From contig CAVWXH010000018.1 of assembly GCA_963758915.1 (NCBI GenBank), positions 1-44,474 of the forward strand: 44,474 bases of DNA, given 5' to 3'. The position numbers were made by a program, and so were the translations under genes. The DNA comes from an uncultured Methanomicrobiales archaeon. Its GTDB lineage: Archaea; Halobacteriota; Methanomicrobia; Methanomicrobiales; Methanospirillaceae. The notes beneath the pieces are model-generated. The model was given only the letters and a program-made list of their open reading frames with translations. It did not search any database and had not been told where the DNA came from. Shown in pieces: positions 43,342-44,474 of the stretch (within the stretch, counting starts at the first letter, position 1; each line of letters starts with the position of its first letter).

Positions 43342-44474
43342 AAAAGATGCAGGACGACATCGGACAAGCCCTGGCTCTCCTCTTTTCACCTGGGGCCATC
43401 GTGGAACTCCGGGCCATTCTCGATAATGGGAACATGGCCTCGGGCTACTACGAAGATATGGCACAGCTGGCAGCAGACGCGGAAAAAGTTGAAGGGGCCA
43501 ATGCGCAGGGCATTTATGTAACCCTGAACGAACTCGACCCTGCCCTGCTTGCCCGGTCATCGAACCGGATCAAGATGCGGCTCGGGAAGAAGGACCCGAC
43601 CACCGGGGATGAGAATATTACGAGGCGGCGGTGGTTCCCGGTAGATATTGATGCGGTCCGGGCGTCGGGTGTTTCATCGAGTGATGTAGAACATACAGCA
43701 GCTGCTCGACAAGGCCGCACGGATTGGCCAGTATCTGAAAGATGAGGGTTGGCCGGAGCCATTATTGGTGACAGCGGGAACGGTGCACATCTTCTGTATG
43801 CGATCGACCTGCCGAATGATGCGGAGAGCACGGATCTTGTGAAGCGGGGTCTTGAAGCCCTTGCGTTATTGTTCAACGACAAATTGAGCACGGTTGATAC
43901 GGCTAATCACAACGCATCGAGGATATGGAAGCTTTACGGGACGGTGAGCAGGAAGGGCGATGATCACCTAAGGCCCGGCCCCACCGCCGTTCGAAGGCTC
44001 TGAATCTTTCCCTGACCAGGTTGTGCCGGCCTCAAGGAACAACTCACACAATTGGCCGGAACTGCGAAACCGATCACAGAAGCGGGAGGGAAGAGAGACA
44101 TCCACGGCTGGCCAGGGTATCGACCTGGGCCGTTGGCTCCGGGACCATCTGATCGACATTGCCGATGAGAAAACCCTACCAGGGCGGGATACTGTTTACC
44201 CTTCAAGAATGTCCGTTCTCGGGTGCTCACAAGGATGGTGCGTTTGCGATACAGATTCCCGAGCGGGGGAATTTACGCAGGCTGTCATCACAGTTCGTGT
44301 GGCGGTGGGGAACAACGCTGGCCGGAATTACAGGGAGAAGTTCGAGCCGAGAGGTGACCGCAGAGGAACAGCTGCGTCGGATAAGCCTCCACCTCCACCC
44401 GGGGCCCCGGGATCTCCCTGCCCTTACCGGTATCAGATATACCGGGAGTGGTGATGCACTGGCCGTCCTGGAGC
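43338..44474 (+). CDS. Archaeo-eukaryotic primase (primase-polymerase) replication protein, frameshifted, partial at right edge
   Basis: Motif A WFPVDID, motif B DSGNGAH, motif C VDTANHNASRIWKLYGT across ORFs 43338-43745 and 43749-44003; downstream frames give a CPFSGAH..GCHHSSC Zn-binding module. Confidence 0.75.

Larger units (their letters stand above)
38513..44474. mobile_element. tRNA-Leu-targeting integrative element (integrated plasmid or provirus), left portion; continues past window end
   Basis: Half-tRNA att + intact tyrosine integrase + PIN toxin + wHTH/RHH regulators + AEP primase; visibly more AT-rich than flanking host genes over ~38.5-42.6 kb. Confidence 0.85.

Overview
Archaeal methanogen chromosome segment, most consistent with Methanomicrobiales (inferred from cofE, form III RuBisCO, REC-PAS-kinase architecture and pilin leader style). 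Left (0.4-11.7 kb): a cell-surface locus with two tandem Ig-like/vWA adhesin paralogs transcribed divergently from five coupled class III signal-peptide (type IV pilin-like) genes. Each of the three promoter regions carries a pair of CATTA-N3-TAATG palindromes. Middle (12-38 kb): TPR membrane protein, orphan Dam-type methylase, ThrE-family exporter, a SufS/cysteine-synthase chimeric remnant, a split liv ABC transporter, a 151-bp hairpin, cofE, a flavoprotein, katG followed by ahbD-A-B-C heme synthesis genes, PAP2, a ~10-PAS hybrid histidine kinase and RuBisCO. Right (38.5 kb to the end): the left end of a tRNA-Leu(CAA)-targeting integrative element. It contains an att half-tRNA, tyrosine integrase, PIN toxin with a small upstream partner ORF, wHTH and RHH regulators, an AEP primase, and a secreted-protein cargo gene bracketed by two ~90-bp structured direct repeats. 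Many genes at 1-11.7 kb and 43.3-44.5 kb are broken by indels, mostly +1 insertions where traced, which may be sequencing errors. All calls are from motif reading by eye; no database searches were run.
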